The notes under the pieces are model-generated. The model did no database searches, had not been told where the DNA came from, and saw nothing but the letters and a program-made list of their open reading frames with translations. The translations under genes and the position numbers were made by a program. Of a DNA stretch of 64,000 bases, positions 29,893 through 42,708 are shown piece after piece; the first letter of the stretch is position 1, and each line of letters starts with the position of its first letter. The stretch lies in contig JAFWYR010000003.1 of assembly GCA_017522615.1 (NCBI GenBank), positions 4,229 to 68,228 of the forward strand, given 5' to 3'. The stretch comes from Bacilli bacterium (lineage in GTDB: Bacteria > Bacillota_I > Bacilli_A > RF39 > UBA660).

Positions 29893-31632
29893 CTATTCAA
29901 TTATTGCCTTAATTCTTCTTACTCCAGCTCCGCTAGACTGTTCTTTTTTAATCTTAAAGTGACCAATCTCACCAGTATGTGAAACATGTGGACCACCACA
30001 TAACTCTTTTGAAAAATCTCCAATTGAATATACGGAAACAATATCTGGATATTTTTCTATAAATCTACACTCAGCTCCAGATTTAACAGCTTCATCCTTA
30101 CTCATCTCTTCTTTAGTAACAGGATAATCTTCTTCTATCCACTTATTTACTAAATCCTCTACTTCCTTTTTCTCATCATCACTTAACTTATGATCACAAG
30201 GAAAATCAAATCTCATTCTCTCAGTAGTAATATTACTACCCAATTGACAGCAGCTACTATCTACAACCTTCTTCAAAGCCGCATTAAGTAAATGTGTTGC
30301 TGTATGATATTTAGTTTCAATCTCAGAATGACCTAATAAACCACCTTTAAACATACCTTTAGATGCTGTTCTAGATTTTTCTTGATGTTCATGAAACTTT
30401 TCATAAAATCCATCTACATCAACATCCATTCCTCTAACTTCAGCTTCCTCAACCGTAAGTTCTATTGGAAAACCATAAGTATCATATAATTTAAATGCAA
30501 TATTTTTATCCACAGTATTACTGTTTTTAAGTAATTTATCAAATTCTCTTAACCCTTTTTCCAAAGTTCTATTAAATTTAACTTTTTCGTTTTTAAGAAC
30601 TTCTAAAACCTCTTTTTTATTATCGTTTAGTTCTGGATAATATTTAAAGTACTTATCTATAATAAGAAGTGAAATCTTTTCATCAAAATCACTATTGATA
30701 TCTATTCCAAGCTTCTTCGCATATCTGATAAATCTTCTAATAAGTCTTCTAAGTATATATCCTCTATCAGTATTACTTGGTTTAACTTTAGCTGGATCTG
30801 CCGCTATAAATGTAGCAGTCCTTATATGATCAGCAACTATTCTCATAGCTTTCTCATTTCCTTCATAAGGTAGACCAGTAATCTCACATATCAAATCTAT
30901 TACATCTTTCCAAATTGAAGATAGATAATTATCATCAACGCCTTCCATAACTGATACAATTCTCTCAAGTCCCATACCAGTATCGACATTCTTCTGTTTA
31001 AGTTCACTTATATTTCCATTTTCATCCTTATAAAATTCCATAAATACATTATTCCAAATTTCGACCCATCTTTCATCTTCTGGATCAAACTTATCTGGAA
31101 TCTCTTCATCACTTCTAAAGTAAAATATTTCAGTATCAGAACCACAAGGACCACTATCACCAGCAATCCAAAAATTATCATCTAAATAAGCAATTCTATC
31201 AGAACTTATTCCAAGCTCTTTCCACCTATCAGCTGACACCTCATCTAAAGGAATATTTTCATCACCTTTAAATACAGTAACCGCAAGCCTTTCTAAAGGA
31301 ATATTTAAAACTTTGGTTAAAAAATCAAAACTATATTCAATACTTTCATGTTTAAAATAATCACCTAAACTCCAATTTCCAAGCATTTCAAAAAACGTAT
31401 GATGAGTTCCATCACCAATTTCATCTAAATCAGTAAGTCTCACACATTTCTGATAATCACAAAGTCTTTTACCATATGGATGAACTTCACCCATTAAATA
31501 TGGTACAAGTGGCTGCATACCAGCTGTATTAAATAAAACTGTTGGATCATTTTCGGGAACTATTGGACTACTAGGTATCTGTTTATGTCCCTTACTTTCA
31601 AAAAATTTTATATATTCGTCTCTAACGTTCAT
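29893..31632 (-). CDS. alaS: Alanine--tRNA ligase, short form lacking the C-Ala domain
   Basis: FNTAGMQPLVPY; HHTFFEMLGNWS; VDTGMGLER; editing motifs HTATH and ELCGGPH; ends at GVRRIKA. Confidence 0.95.
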   Translation of the reverse strand: MNVRDEYIKFFESKGHKQIPSSPIVPENDPTVLFNTAGMQPLVPYLMGEVHPYGKRLCDYQKCVRLTDLDEIGDGTHHTFFEMLGNWSLGDYFKHESIEYSFDFLTKVLNIPLERLAVTVFKGDENIPLDEVSADRWKELGISSDRIAYLDDNFWIAGDSGPCGSDTEIFYFRSDEEIPDKFDPEDERWVEIWNNVFMEFYKDENGNISELKQKNVDTGMGLERIVSVMEGVDDNYLSSIWKDVIDLICEITGLPYEGNEKAMRIVADHIRTATFIAADPAKVKPSNTDRGYILRRLIRRFIRYAKKLGIDINSDFDEKISLLIIDKYFKYYPELNDNKKEVLEVLKNEKVKFNRTLEKGLREFDKLLKNSNTVDKNIAFKLYDTYGFPIELTVEEAEVRGMDVDVDGFYEKFHEHQEKSRTASKGMFKGGLLGHSEIETKYHTATHLLNAALKKVVDSSCCQLGSNITTERMRFDFPCDHKLSDDEKKEVEDLVNKWIEEDYPVTKEEMSKDEAVKSGAECRFIEKYPDIVSVYSIGDFSKELCGGPHVSHTGEIGHFKIKKEQSSGAGVRRIKAIIE

Positions 31633-32158
31633 GCTCCACCTTCTCTACTATCTTTTTAACCTTTTCTTCTAATTCTTCTAAAGTTCCATCATTTTCAATT
31701 ATATAATCAAAATTATCATAATCATTCAAAGCAGTTTCCGTCCTATGAATCTGCTCAGAAGAAGAAAGAGGCGTCTCAAAATTATTACGCACTACTTTAA
31801 TGGTAATCACATCTTCAAACATCTCTCTTGGAATATCAATTTCATCTGGAAAACGTGCATCTGATATTGTCGCAACATCAAAGAAATAACTATACACTTT
31901 AATATCATCACATAATCTTTTAATAAAGAAATGTTCATCTATTTTATTTCTAATAATATCAGTTCCAAGTCTCTGTAAAAGTTCCCTAGGTTTAGTCTCT
32001 TCAGAGCCATCCCAATCACTAATCTTTTTCGCATACTCTTTTATATAACTTCCATAAGATAAATTGATATATTTCTTATCCTCGTATAATTTATGGATAA
32101 ATTCAGCCGTCGTATCTTTTCCATGGCGAGCTTTACCCGCAATTATATATATTTTCAT
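31622..32158 (-). CDS. P-loop kinase, deoxynucleoside-monophosphate-kinase-like
   Basis: AGKARHGKDT P-loop; KPRELLQRLGTD; ISDARFPDE. Confidence 0.7.
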   Translation of the reverse strand: MKIYIIAGKARHGKDTTAEFIHKLYEDKKYINLSYGSYIKEYAKKISDWDGSEETKPRELLQRLGTDIIRNKIDEHFFIKRLCDDIKVYSYFFDVATISDARFPDEIDIPREMFEDVITIKVVRNNFETPLSSSEQIHRTETALNDYDNFDYIIENDGTLEELEEKVKKIVEKVEHER

Positions 32159-32182
32159 AAAAACGCCTCCATTTTAGAAAAG

Positions 32183-33316
32183 TCACTCTGCGTGACTTTC
32201 TTTAATAATATTATATCTATCATTATAAAACTTAAAAATCGTCTTAATAGCAGCTATTACAGGAGTAGACACAAGCATACCTATAATACCAAAGAAATGA
32301 CCAAATATCAAAAGTCCAAGTATTATCGTTACAGGATGTAATTTAGTAGTTTTTGACATTATAAGTGGCTGTAAAAAATTACCTTCGACAAATTGAATAA
32401 TAAATATTGAAACTATCGAAAATATACCTACCCAAACATTTTGAGTAAAACCAACTACAACCGCTGGCACTCCACCAATATATGGACCTGCATAAGGAAT
32501 AAAATTCGTAAGTGCACAAAAAAGTCCAAATAAAGCCGGTGATTTAAGTCCACATAGCCAAAGTGCTATAGATGATAAAACAAATATAAGTACGCAGTCT
32601 ATAACCGCTCCTTTGACATAACTTCTAAATGAGCCATTAACCAAAGATAAAAGCTCATAGGTTACTTCTTGATGTTTTTTAGGAACAAAATTTATAAGTT
32701 TATGTAAACTATCAAAATTCAAAATCAAGAAAAATCCAATAATAAATCCTAAGATTAAACTACCAACCCAAGAGATAAGTTTAGAAACAAATCCCAAAAA
32801 ATTACTTGGCATCGTCGTCGTAACATCCATGGCAAAACCTTCTATATACCCAAAGAACTCACCTTTAACTTTATTAATATTTATAAGTTCACTCTTTCCA
32901 AACTTATCAAACACTCCGTTTATAAAACCTTTAATCGAATCTAAAACAGAAGGAAGAGTTTTCACAAAATCTTTAACTTGCGAAACTATCAAAGGAGCTA
33001 AAGCCGACATCACTATTGCAAAAACCAAAATAATAATTACATAAGTAATAATCGAACCCCAAATTCTTTTAATACCTTTTCTTTCCAAAAGGTTGACAAA
33101 AGGATCAAAAAGCCAAGCTATGACAAGCCCAATAAAAAGTGGTGAAACAACTTTTAAAATTGTCTTTATAAAGTCAAATATTTTTGTCTCTCTAAAAATA
33201 ATAATTACGACATACAAAAGGCCTACAATCAAAAGTATATGTAAAATATTAAGTACTTTTGTTGCTGAACCTAAAGTTTCATTTAATTTATCGGTATTAA
33301 CTTTCTTTCCAAACAT
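32183..33316 (-). CDS. AI-2E family transporter
   Basis: NFIPYAGPYIG; EGNFLQPLIM; LHPVTIILGLL; GMLVSTP. Confidence 0.92.
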   Translation of the reverse strand: MFGKKVNTDKLNETLGSATKVLNILHILLIVGLLYVVIIIFRETKIFDFIKTILKVVSPLFIGLVIAWLFDPFVNLLERKGIKRIWGSIITYVIIILVFAIVMSALAPLIVSQVKDFVKTLPSVLDSIKGFINGVFDKFGKSELININKVKGEFFGYIEGFAMDVTTTMPSNFLGFVSKLISWVGSLILGFIIGFFLILNFDSLHKLINFVPKKHQEVTYELLSLVNGSFRSYVKGAVIDCVLIFVLSSIALWLCGLKSPALFGLFCALTNFIPYAGPYIGGVPAVVVGFTQNVWVGIFSIVSIFIIQFVEGNFLQPLIMSKTTKLHPVTIILGLLIFGHFFGIIGMLVSTPVIAAIKTIFKFYNDRYNIIKESHAE

Positions 33317-33319
33317 AAA

Positions 33320-33862
33320 TTATATACTAAGTAAATCTTTTTCCTTTTCAGCTAATTTATCGTCGACAATTTTATTATACTTCTTGATAAGATCTTGAAC
33401 ATCATCTAAATATCCTTCCTTATCATCTTCTGTAAATTCATCATTTTTCTTAATATCATTGTTCGCATCTTGTCTTATATTTCTTAAATTAATTTTACAA
33501 TCTTCAGCTATTTGTTTAACTTCTTTGACATATCCTTTTCTCGTCTCTTCAGTTAAATCAGGAATATTTAAAATTATACTCTCTCCATTATTATTTGGTG
33601 TAAGACCAATATTAGCTTCATATATTCCTTTTTCAATATCACTCAAACTACTTTTATCAAAAGGTTTAATCATAAGTTGTCTAGCTTCAGGTACAGAAAT
33701 AGTAGCCAAACTCTTAAGTGGTGTAGGTGTACCATAATATGTAACCATAACCGCATCTAATATAGCTGGATTAGCTCTACCAGCTCTGACATTTGTAAAA
33801 CGTCTTTCCATATTTTCTACTGCTTTTTCCATCTTATTTTCTACTTCATTTAAAATATCCAT
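33320..33862 (-). CDS. frr: Ribosome recycling factor
   Basis: VRAGRANPAILD; PDLTEETRK; RNIRQDAN. Confidence 0.97.
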   Translation of the reverse strand: MDILNEVENKMEKAVENMERRFTNVRAGRANPAILDAVMVTYYGTPTPLKSLATISVPEARQLMIKPFDKSSLSDIEKGIYEANIGLTPNNNGESIILNIPDLTEETRKGYVKEVKQIAEDCKINLRNIRQDANNDIKKNDEFTEDDKEGYLDDVQDLIKKYNKIVDDKLAEKEKDLLSI

Positions 33863-33917
33863 TTAATCATCCTCTTTCCTATATATATTATAATATATAT
33901 GTTATTAAAGGGCAAGA

Positions 33918-34376
33918 TTACTTTGATTTTTTTCTAGTTAAATTATCTAACCTATCATATTTATAGATATAACTATTTAATAAAATCAAAATATCTTCAA
34001 AAGATAAATACTCATCACTTAAATTACTAGTAATTTCCAAAGAAAGGTCAATTCTCTCCAAATAATCAAATATCTCTTTTATCTGCTCATATTGATAATT
34101 ATTTAAATAATAATTACCATCCTCGGGAATATCAATTATTAAACCATCTTTAAAATATTGAATAACAATTGAATTCTTAAACCAATCTACAAAATAGCTA
34201 AATTCATCTATTTCATCATTATATAAAAAGCTATATATTCTTCTAGCTACTTCATCGTGCTCAGTCGCAAAAACCGAAATATTTTGAGATGGAGTAATAA
34301 TTGTTAAAGCAGCTCTATAATCATCATCAAAAAAAAGCTTATCTAAACTAAAATTATTTATATCATCTTTTATCAT
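33918..34376 (-). CDS. Hypothetical acidic protein (paralogue of next gene)
   Basis: 152-aa ORF; shares IITPxQ...HD and Q...P..[L/I]N.[Y/F]QY motifs with 34380..34967. Confidence 0.7.
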   Translation of the reverse strand: MIKDDINNFSLDKLFFDDDYRAALTIITPSQNISVFATEHDEVARRIYSFLYNDEIDEFSYFVDWFKNSIVIQYFKDGLIIDIPEDGNYYLNNYQYEQIKEIFDYLERIDLSLEITSNLSDEYLSFEDILILLNSYIYKYDRLDNLTRKKSK

Positions 34377-34379
34377 AAA

Positions 34380-34967
34380 CTACCTTTTTAGTGTTTTTCC
34401 GTTATTTATTAAAGCTTCGCCACGACACTCCATATCATCGTCTACTATCGTCCTCGCATATTCTAAAGCTTCCTCGGTAGTATCAACTTTTTTTGCACCT
34501 GGAAAATTCATCGCAACATGTATTTCAGCACCTTTTTCACCATAACTTTGTATTTTATTACAATAGTTTATTAGTTCGTTATATTGAAAAGAATTAATCT
34601 TACTAGGCATCCAGACAAAAGAGTAATACTTAGAAAGCAATTGAATCGCAATTACTCCTAAGTCATCACATGTTTCTCTCCATTCATAGTCATTTTCCCT
34701 AAAAACTTCATTATAATCATCACACACCGAAAACAAGATATTTTCAATAATATCATCATGTTTTAATGAATAAGGATAACAAAAACAATCAAATTTCTGA
34801 TTTGGAGTAATTATCCTAAAACCACTCTCTTTCACATAAGAATACACCAAATTATCTAAATAAAAACTATCCATATCAAATTCTTCATCATGTTTTTTTA
34901 TTTCCTCACGTATAGACTCTCTAGAATATAAATATTCACTATCTAAACCAATTAAATCCATTTTCAT
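34380..34967 (-). CDS. Hypothetical acidic protein (paralogue of previous gene)
   Basis: 195-aa ORF; 3-bp gap to its neighbour. Confidence 0.7.
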   Translation of the reverse strand: MKMDLIGLDSEYLYSRESIREEIKKHDEEFDMDSFYLDNLVYSYVKESGFRIITPNQKFDCFCYPYSLKHDDIIENILFSVCDDYNEVFRENDYEWRETCDDLGVIAIQLLSKYYSFVWMPSKINSFQYNELINYCNKIQSYGEKGAEIHVAMNFPGAKKVDTTEEALEYARTIVDDDMECRGEALINNGKTLKR

Positions 34968-35089
34968 TCCCCCGAATAGACGTTATTTTACCACTATTTT
35001 CAAAGTATATCAACAATATTAAAAATAAATATCATTTTTTAAAAGGAATTAATAGAAGAATCAAAAAAAGAAAAGCAGAAACTTTTCTT

Positions 35090-36217
35090 TTACATATATT
35101 TTTTAATCTTATCAAATTCTTTATCTTTATCTATACCACTATCCGCTAAATACTCAAACATTTTTTTCTGTTTTTTATCTAACTTTCTTGGAATAATAAC
35201 TTTCAAAGTAACATACATATCGCCTTTTCTACCATAGTTTACATCTTCTATACCTTTACCTTTAAGTCTAAGAATATCCCCACTTTGACTACCAGAAGGA
35301 ATATTTAATTTTACCTTACCATCTAAAGTAGGAACCATCTTCTTACAACCTAAAGCAGCTTCAGAAATAGTAATAGGAAAGCTCAATTGTATATCGTTAC
35401 CATCACGAACAAATATCGGATGACTCTTAACAGAAAATTCTAAATAAATATCACCATTAGGTCCACCATTACTTCCAGCTTCTCCTTTACCTCTAATTCT
35501 AAGTTGATTGCCAGTATCTACACCAGCTGGAACTGTAACCGAAATATCTTTATTACTTCTAACCTTACCACTTCCATGACACTTATTACAAATTTTATCA
35601 AAAGTCTCACCCTTACCTGAACATCTAGGACAAGGAGATTGTGAAACAAAAGATCCAAATAAAGTCTGTTTATTTTCTGATACCATACCTGTACCATTAC
35701 ATTGTGTACATTTTTTAGAACCATGTCCACCTTTACCATTACACTCCCCGCAAGTCTCGTTTAAATTCAAATTAATAGTTTTCTTACATCCAAATACCGC
35801 TTCTTCAAAAGAAAGCTCAACTCTGACAACGGAATCTCTTCCTTTAGTAGCTCTATTACCTCTACCACCAAAGCCTCCAAAACCACCAAAGTTACCAAAG
35901 CCTCCAAATCCACCAAAACCACCACCGAATATATCATTCAAAATATCACTTAAATCGACATCAGAAAAATCAAATCCAGCTCCACCATTCATATTATCAA
36001 AAGCTGCATGACCATATTGATCATATTGTCTTCTTTTACTTTCATCAGATAAAACTGCATAAGCTTCTTGAGCCTCTTTAAACTTCTCAGCCGCATCAGG
36101 TTCTTTAGAAACATCTGGATGATATTTCTTAGCTAATCTTCTAAATGCTCTTTTAATATCATCAACTGAAGCATCTTTAGATACTCCTAAAATCTCATAA
36201 TAATCTCTTTTTTCCAT
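35090..36217 (-). CDS. dnaJ: Chaperone DnaJ
   Basis: J domain with HPD; G/F-rich linker; four CxxCxGxG motifs. Confidence 0.98.
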   Translation of the reverse strand: MEKRDYYEILGVSKDASVDDIKRAFRRLAKKYHPDVSKEPDAAEKFKEAQEAYAVLSDESKRRQYDQYGHAAFDNMNGGAGFDFSDVDLSDILNDIFGGGFGGFGGFGNFGGFGGFGGRGNRATKGRDSVVRVELSFEEAVFGCKKTINLNLNETCGECNGKGGHGSKKCTQCNGTGMVSENKQTLFGSFVSQSPCPRCSGKGETFDKICNKCHGSGKVRSNKDISVTVPAGVDTGNQLRIRGKGEAGSNGGPNGDIYLEFSVKSHPIFVRDGNDIQLSFPITISEAALGCKKMVPTLDGKVKLNIPSGSQSGDILRLKGKGIEDVNYGRKGDMYVTLKVIIPRKLDKKQKKMFEYLADSGIDKDKEFDKIKKYM

Positions 36218-36219
36218 TT

Positions 36220-38019
36220 TTATTCACCTTCAATCATAGATTTAAACTCATCTAGTAATGAAGCAAAATATTTAATAGCTTTTTCATATACATCTTTTTT
36301 AGTTAAATCTACATCTAAAATCTTAAACGCATCTATAGGCCATACATCAGAACCAGTAGTTAGATACTTCATATATTTTTTGAGCATATCCTTATTACCA
36401 TCAAGTATTTCACTTGCAACATATGAAGCCACAGAAATACAGAAAGCGTAATTGTATAGATAATAATTCATATAATAATGACTTCTAACCATCCATGAAT
36501 TATTTGAATATTCATCTAATTCTACTTCTTTACCATAATATTTTTCTAAAGATTTTCTAGTAAGTTCATTCATATAGTCTTTAGTAATAGAACCACCATT
36601 AGAAACATAATTATAAAAATCTTGTTCCATCTTTCCTTCTCTAACTGCCCCAAACAAATTAGAGACAAATACACCTAATATATTATCGATTCCAGCTTTC
36701 TTTTCACTTAAACTAGTTCCATTCTTAGCTAAATAACTAGAAAGCAAACACTCGTTGGTAAGTGAAGCAACTTCAGCCATCAGATTAGATATTTCTCTAT
36801 TTTGAGCCAAGTTATTACCATTTACCATTTGATGATGAACATTATGTCCACCTTCATGTATTATTGTGGAAACGGACTCTAAATCGTAATTATAACTCAT
36901 AAGTATCCTTGAGTCATTTATAATACTAGAAGCTGAATAACCACCAGAACATTTACCAGGATATTGAGCATAATCGATATACCTTTTTTCAAATATTTTT
37001 TTAAATAATTTTTGATAATCCTCACCAAGAGGAGAAATAGCTTTAAGACATAACTCTTGAGCCTCTTCTATAGAATACTCTTTATTACTTTTAGAAGCAT
37101 CTAAATATAAATCATATTGATATAACTTATCTAGTTTAACAGATTCTTTAAAAACCCTATAGTATTCATGTAAAACATCTAAATTTTCCTCTGTTGTTTT
37201 AACTAACATTTCGTAAGCTTCATTCGGCATATTAAGATTAAATAACTTAGCTTCCCAAGCATCTTTATAATTATGTATTCTAGAAGAAGCTATATTACCT
37301 TTGACATAACCATCCAAAAATTGAGCTGAGCTTACCGCATAATTAGACAAAGTCTTATTATACTTTTCTCTAACTTCCTGTCTAAATTTCCTATCAGAAT
37401 TTTTCATAAGTCTTCTAAAATTAGTAGTTGTAATCTTCTCTTCTTCTCCTGAAACACTTACCTTACCATAATCGTGTTCAGAATTAAGCATAGTCGAAGA
37501 CATATCACTAAAGTGATCCATAGCTGTTACTAAATCTGTAACAATTTTCTCTTCCCTTTCTGAAATAACATGATCTTTATCTCTATATATCTTATCTAAA
37601 GAATCTTTAAATTCACTTAATTCAGAATTATCTTTAAATAATTTATCATACTTATCCTTATCTAATTTAAGTAATTCAGGACTAAAGAAACTTACGTTTT
37701 TACTATATTCGCCAAATAAATTCTCTATCTTAGAAATTCTTTCCATACTTTTAGAATTACCAAGTTCCTGATCATTTACTAAAAATGAATATACATATAA
37801 ATCTTCACATAGACCATAAGTTTCTATATCTTTCTTAAGAAATTCATAAAGTCTAGAAGCATCACTAGTACAGCCTACATAATTTTTTAAATCAGATACC
37901 ATTTTCAAACATTTATTAAAATTATCATCGTAATCTTTTTCATCTTTATAATATTCAGTTAAATCCCACTTATATTTTTCAGGTACATCTTTTCTCGAAC
38001 TGTATTTCTGCATTCTCAA
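36220..38019 (-). CDS. pepF: Oligoendopeptidase F (M3B)
   Basis: VPEKYKWDL; GKCSGGYS; [10 protein letters not shown] (HEXXH); AEVASLTNE; [12 protein letters not shown]. Confidence 0.93.
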   Translation of the reverse strand: MRMQKYSSRKDVPEKYKWDLTEYYKDEKDYDDNFNKCLKMVSDLKNYVGCTSDASRLYEFLKKDIETYGLCEDLYVYSFLVNDQELGNSKSMERISKIENLFGEYSKNVSFFSPELLKLDKDKYDKLFKDNSELSEFKDSLDKIYRDKDHVISEREEKIVTDLVTAMDHFSDMSSTMLNSEHDYGKVSVSGEEEKITTTNFRRLMKNSDRKFRQEVREKYNKTLSNYAVSSAQFLDGYVKGNIASSRIHNYKDAWEAKLFNLNMPNEAYEMLVKTTEENLDVLHEYYRVFKESVKLDKLYQYDLYLDASKSNKEYSIEEAQELCLKAISPLGEDYQKLFKKIFEKRYIDYAQYPGKCSGGYSASSIINDSRILMSYNYDLESVSTIIHEGGHNVHHQMVNGNNLAQNREISNLMAEVASLTNECLLSSYLAKNGTSLSEKKAGIDNILGVFVSNLFGAVREGKMEQDFYNYVSNGGSITKDYMNELTRKSLEKYYGKEVELDEYSNNSWMVRSHYYMNYYLYNYAFCISVASYVASEILDGNKDMLKKYMKYLTTGSDVWPIDAFKILDVDLTKKDVYEKAIKYFASLLDEFKSMIEGE

Positions 38020-38059
38020 ATATCCTTTCTAACGAGAAAGTTCTAGTCTCCTAGAACTT

Positions 38060-40177
<2,118 letters not shown>

Positions 40178-40185
<8 letters not shown>

Positions 40186-40705
40186 TTACCTTAACCATAG
40201 CTGGCCTTATTACTTTTCCTTTAAGGATATAACCTTTTTGAAGCACCTCAGCAACCATACCAGCTTCCATCCCTTCAACTTTTTCAGTCAAAACTCCCTG
40301 ATGAATATTGGCGTCAAATGGACAACCCACCTCGTCTATAGCTACGACATCATATTTCTTAAGTACATCTTCCAAATGACAGTATATCATCTTAAAGCCT
40401 GCCAAAAATTTAGAAAGTTCATCATCTAAATTAGTATCATCCAAATCGATTGCCCTTTCAAAATTATCGACTATTGGAAGAATATCTTTAGCTATATCTT
40501 CATTAGCAAACTTAAGCATATTAGCTACCTCTTCATCTTTTCTTTTTCGGTAATTAATATTATCCGCACGAGCCATAAGTAAAGCCTCTTCTAACTCTTT
40601 TATTTTTTTCAAATCACCTTCATTATGTACATTTTTCTTCGGAGATTTTCTTTTTTTTACTTTTTTCTTTTCAGTTTCTTTAACTATCGGTTCTTTCTTC
40701 TCCAT
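40178..40705 (-). CDS. grpE: Nucleotide exchange factor GrpE
   Basis: ADNINYRKR; LPIVDNFERA; FDANIHQGV; QKGYILKGKVIRPAMVKV. Confidence 0.97.
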
Positions 40706-40709
40706 TTAA

Positions 40710-41699
40710 TCAACTCCCAATATTTTCCTTAATATAATTCAAAAGCGCTTCAGCTCTATCATACTGCATTCTTTTAGGACCAATCAAAGCTATAGTTCCC
40801 TCTTCACCATCTTTATAATAATACGTCTTAATAATCGAAATATCGTCATCTATATTGTTTTCACTTCCAATATAAATCTTGATTTCATCATCATCTTCTC
40901 TAATATTTCTAATTATATCTTTGTCCTCAAATTTACCAAGCAAATTTCTAATTTTATCTGCATCATTAAACTCAGGTTCCATAAGTAAATTAGAAGTACC
41001 ACTCATCTTAATATCTGGTTTAGAAGCAAAATCACTAAAAGCATTGTAAAACGCATTGTAAAGTGCTTCATGCTCTTTAACATACTTATCTATTACCGGT
41101 TTAACTTCAAATTCCAAAATACTAGAAACCTCATCCAAAGGAACTCCAATAATAAGTTTACTAATTATATCGATAGTCTGTTTAATTTCAGCTTTACTTA
41201 CATTACCATCAATAACGACATTTCTGTTTTCAACATGTCCCTTATCGGTAATTACTATAGCTATCATCTTATTGTCAGCAATCGGTACAACTTCAACTTT
41301 AGCTATTTTATTATCAGATGAAGATGAACCAAGTACGACAGCCGTATAATTAGTAAGTTCAGAAACTATCTCCATACTCTTACTTATCGCATCACTAAGT
41401 ACTAAAGCATTATTAGAAAAAATCTGTTGTAATTTAAGCATATCCTCTCCATTCAAATCCTTAGGAACCATGATATTGTCGACATAATACCTATATCCCT
41501 TATCAGAAGGAATCCTTCCAGAAGAAATATGCGTCTTCTCCAAAAAACCTAAATTCTCCAAAGTGGCCATTTCATTTCTTACAGTTGCAGAAGAACAATT
41601 TAGTTTTTCACAGAGGGCTTTTGAACTGACAGGTTTTACTGATTTAATATAATTTTCCACTATTAACTTAAGTAATTCCTTTTGTCTATCTGAAAGCAT
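40710..41699 (-). CDS. hrcA: Heat-inducible transcription repressor HrcA
   Basis: MLSDRQKELLKLIVENYI; SSATVRNEM; HISSGRIPSDKGYRYYVD; LIGPKRMQY. Start refined using the GAGG RBS. Confidence 0.97.
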   Translation of the reverse strand: MLSDRQKELLKLIVENYIKSVKPVSSKALCEKLNCSSATVRNEMATLENLGFLEKTHISSGRIPSDKGYRYYVDNIMVPKDLNGEDMLKLQQIFSNNALVLSDAISKSMEIVSELTNYTAVVLGSSSSDNKIAKVEVVPIADNKMIAIVITDKGHVENRNVVIDGNVSKAEIKQTIDIISKLIIGVPLDEVSSILEFEVKPVIDKYVKEHEALYNAFYNAFSDFASKPDIKMSGTSNLLMEPEFNDADKIRNLLGKFEDKDIIRNIREDDDEIKIYIGSENNIDDDISIIKTYYYKDGEEGTIALIGPKRMQYDRAEALLNYIKENIGS

Positions 41700-41731
41700 A
41701 ACAATAACCTCCTCTAACATTATATGTACAT

Positions 41732-41758
41732 TTAGCACTTCTATTCCACGAATGCTAC
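41732..41758. promoter_or_regulatory. CIRCE element 1 (degenerate)
   Basis: TTAGCACTT-N9-GAATGCTAC versus consensus TTAGCACTC-N9-GAGTGCTAA; lies downstream of the -10. Confidence 0.8.
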
Positions 41759-41761
41759 TTC

Positions 41762-41790
41762 AGTATACCACCATCTTTTAGCACTGTCAA
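41762..41790 (-). promoter_or_regulatory. Sigma-A promoter of the hrcA operon
   Basis: TTGACA-17 bp-TATACT. Confidence 0.85.
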
Positions 41791-41804
41791 TAGCTTTGTG
41801 CTAA
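41778..41804. promoter_or_regulatory. CIRCE element 2, overlapping the -35
   Basis: TTAGCACTG-N9-TTGTGCTAA. Confidence 0.8.
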
Positions 41805-41809
41805 AAAAA

Positions 41810-41835
41810 GAAAAAGTAAATAATTTTACTTTTTC
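41810..41835 (-). terminator. Intrinsic terminator ending the T7SS effector operon
   Basis: Perfect 11-bp IR GAAAAAGTAAA/TTTACTTTTTC followed by T7 on the minus strand. Confidence 0.75.
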
Positions 41836-42068
41836 AAAACCATTTTTACATCAGAAATATAATCAATATATTTATCAGTTTCACTAATTTTTTTCTTATT
41901 CTTAATAGCTTCTTCCAACATCGCACATCTACTGTCAATATCAATTTCTGTAAACCACCCAAAAGGAAATAAATCATCGTTTCCTTCATAAACAGAACTA
42001 ACATCTCGATTATTAACCATTAAATAAGTCATTACAAGAAAGCTTTCCTTTGTATCTTTATCTTCCAT
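41826..42068 (-). CDS. 80-aa hypothetical protein (candidate immunity/accessory)
   Basis: GGGGGTG RBS; last gene before the terminator. Confidence 0.7.
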   Translation of the reverse strand: MEDKDTKESFLVMTYLMVNNRDVSSVYEGNDDLFPFGWFTEIDIDSRCAMLEEAIKNKKKISETDKYIDYISDVKMVLKK

Positions 42069-42082
42069 AACAAATACACCCC

Positions 42083-42706
42083 CTACAATAATATCTTTCT
42101 CTGCTTTTTCTCAATAAACAAATCCGGAATAGCTTTATACTCTATAAAAGAAGTATTTACACCCATTTGTTTCGGAATCTCATTTTCTACAAAATACCTC
42201 ACCCTATTAATTAATTCCTCGATTTGTTTTAACTGCTCCAAACTTTCTAACTTCTTCATATCATAAGAAAATTCAAACACTAAACTATTAGCCAATACTC
42301 TAGTTTGGTCATTTGCAGTTCCAAAAAAGGTTGAAATATTTTCATCACTTTCAAATAAAACATTTTTAAAAGTTTTATCGATAAACTCTTTAGAAGGATT
42401 ATTACTTAATTCTCGAATTTCTTCAACATTCAATCTTTCTATATGAATATTATTTCTCAAAAACAAATAATTGCTTCCTAAAGAAGAATCTTTATGATAA
42501 AAATTATACTCACTATCATCTATAGAAGGAACAAACAAATTATTATCTTTAATATACTTATCTATAGTATAAGCTTTTATCATATCACCATAATATTTTT
42601 CAAAAGCTTTTTTATACAATAATTGGAGATTATTAAAATTACTAGATAAATTCAAATTATTAATTAAAGATCTATCATAAGTATCAGGAACAAACTTAAA
42701 ATCCAT
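42083..42706 (-). CDS. 207-aa hypothetical protein (candidate immunity)
   Basis: Starts 2 bp after the large effector's stop; GGAGGAG RBS; no signal peptide or TM. Confidence 0.7.
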   Translation of the reverse strand: MDFKFVPDTYDRSLINNLNLSSNFNNLQLLYKKAFEKYYGDMIKAYTIDKYIKDNNLFVPSIDDSEYNFYHKDSSLGSNYLFLRNNIHIERLNVEEIRELSNNPSKEFIDKTFKNVLFESDENISTFFGTANDQTRVLANSLVFEFSYDMKKLESLEQLKQIEELINRVRYFVENEIPKQMGVNTSFIEYKAIPDLFIEKKQRKILL

Positions 42707-42708
42707 TA

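Noticed and set aside
35860-35930. Repeated GGF(G) codons in dnaJ
   Set aside because: Normal G/F-rich linker of DnaJ.
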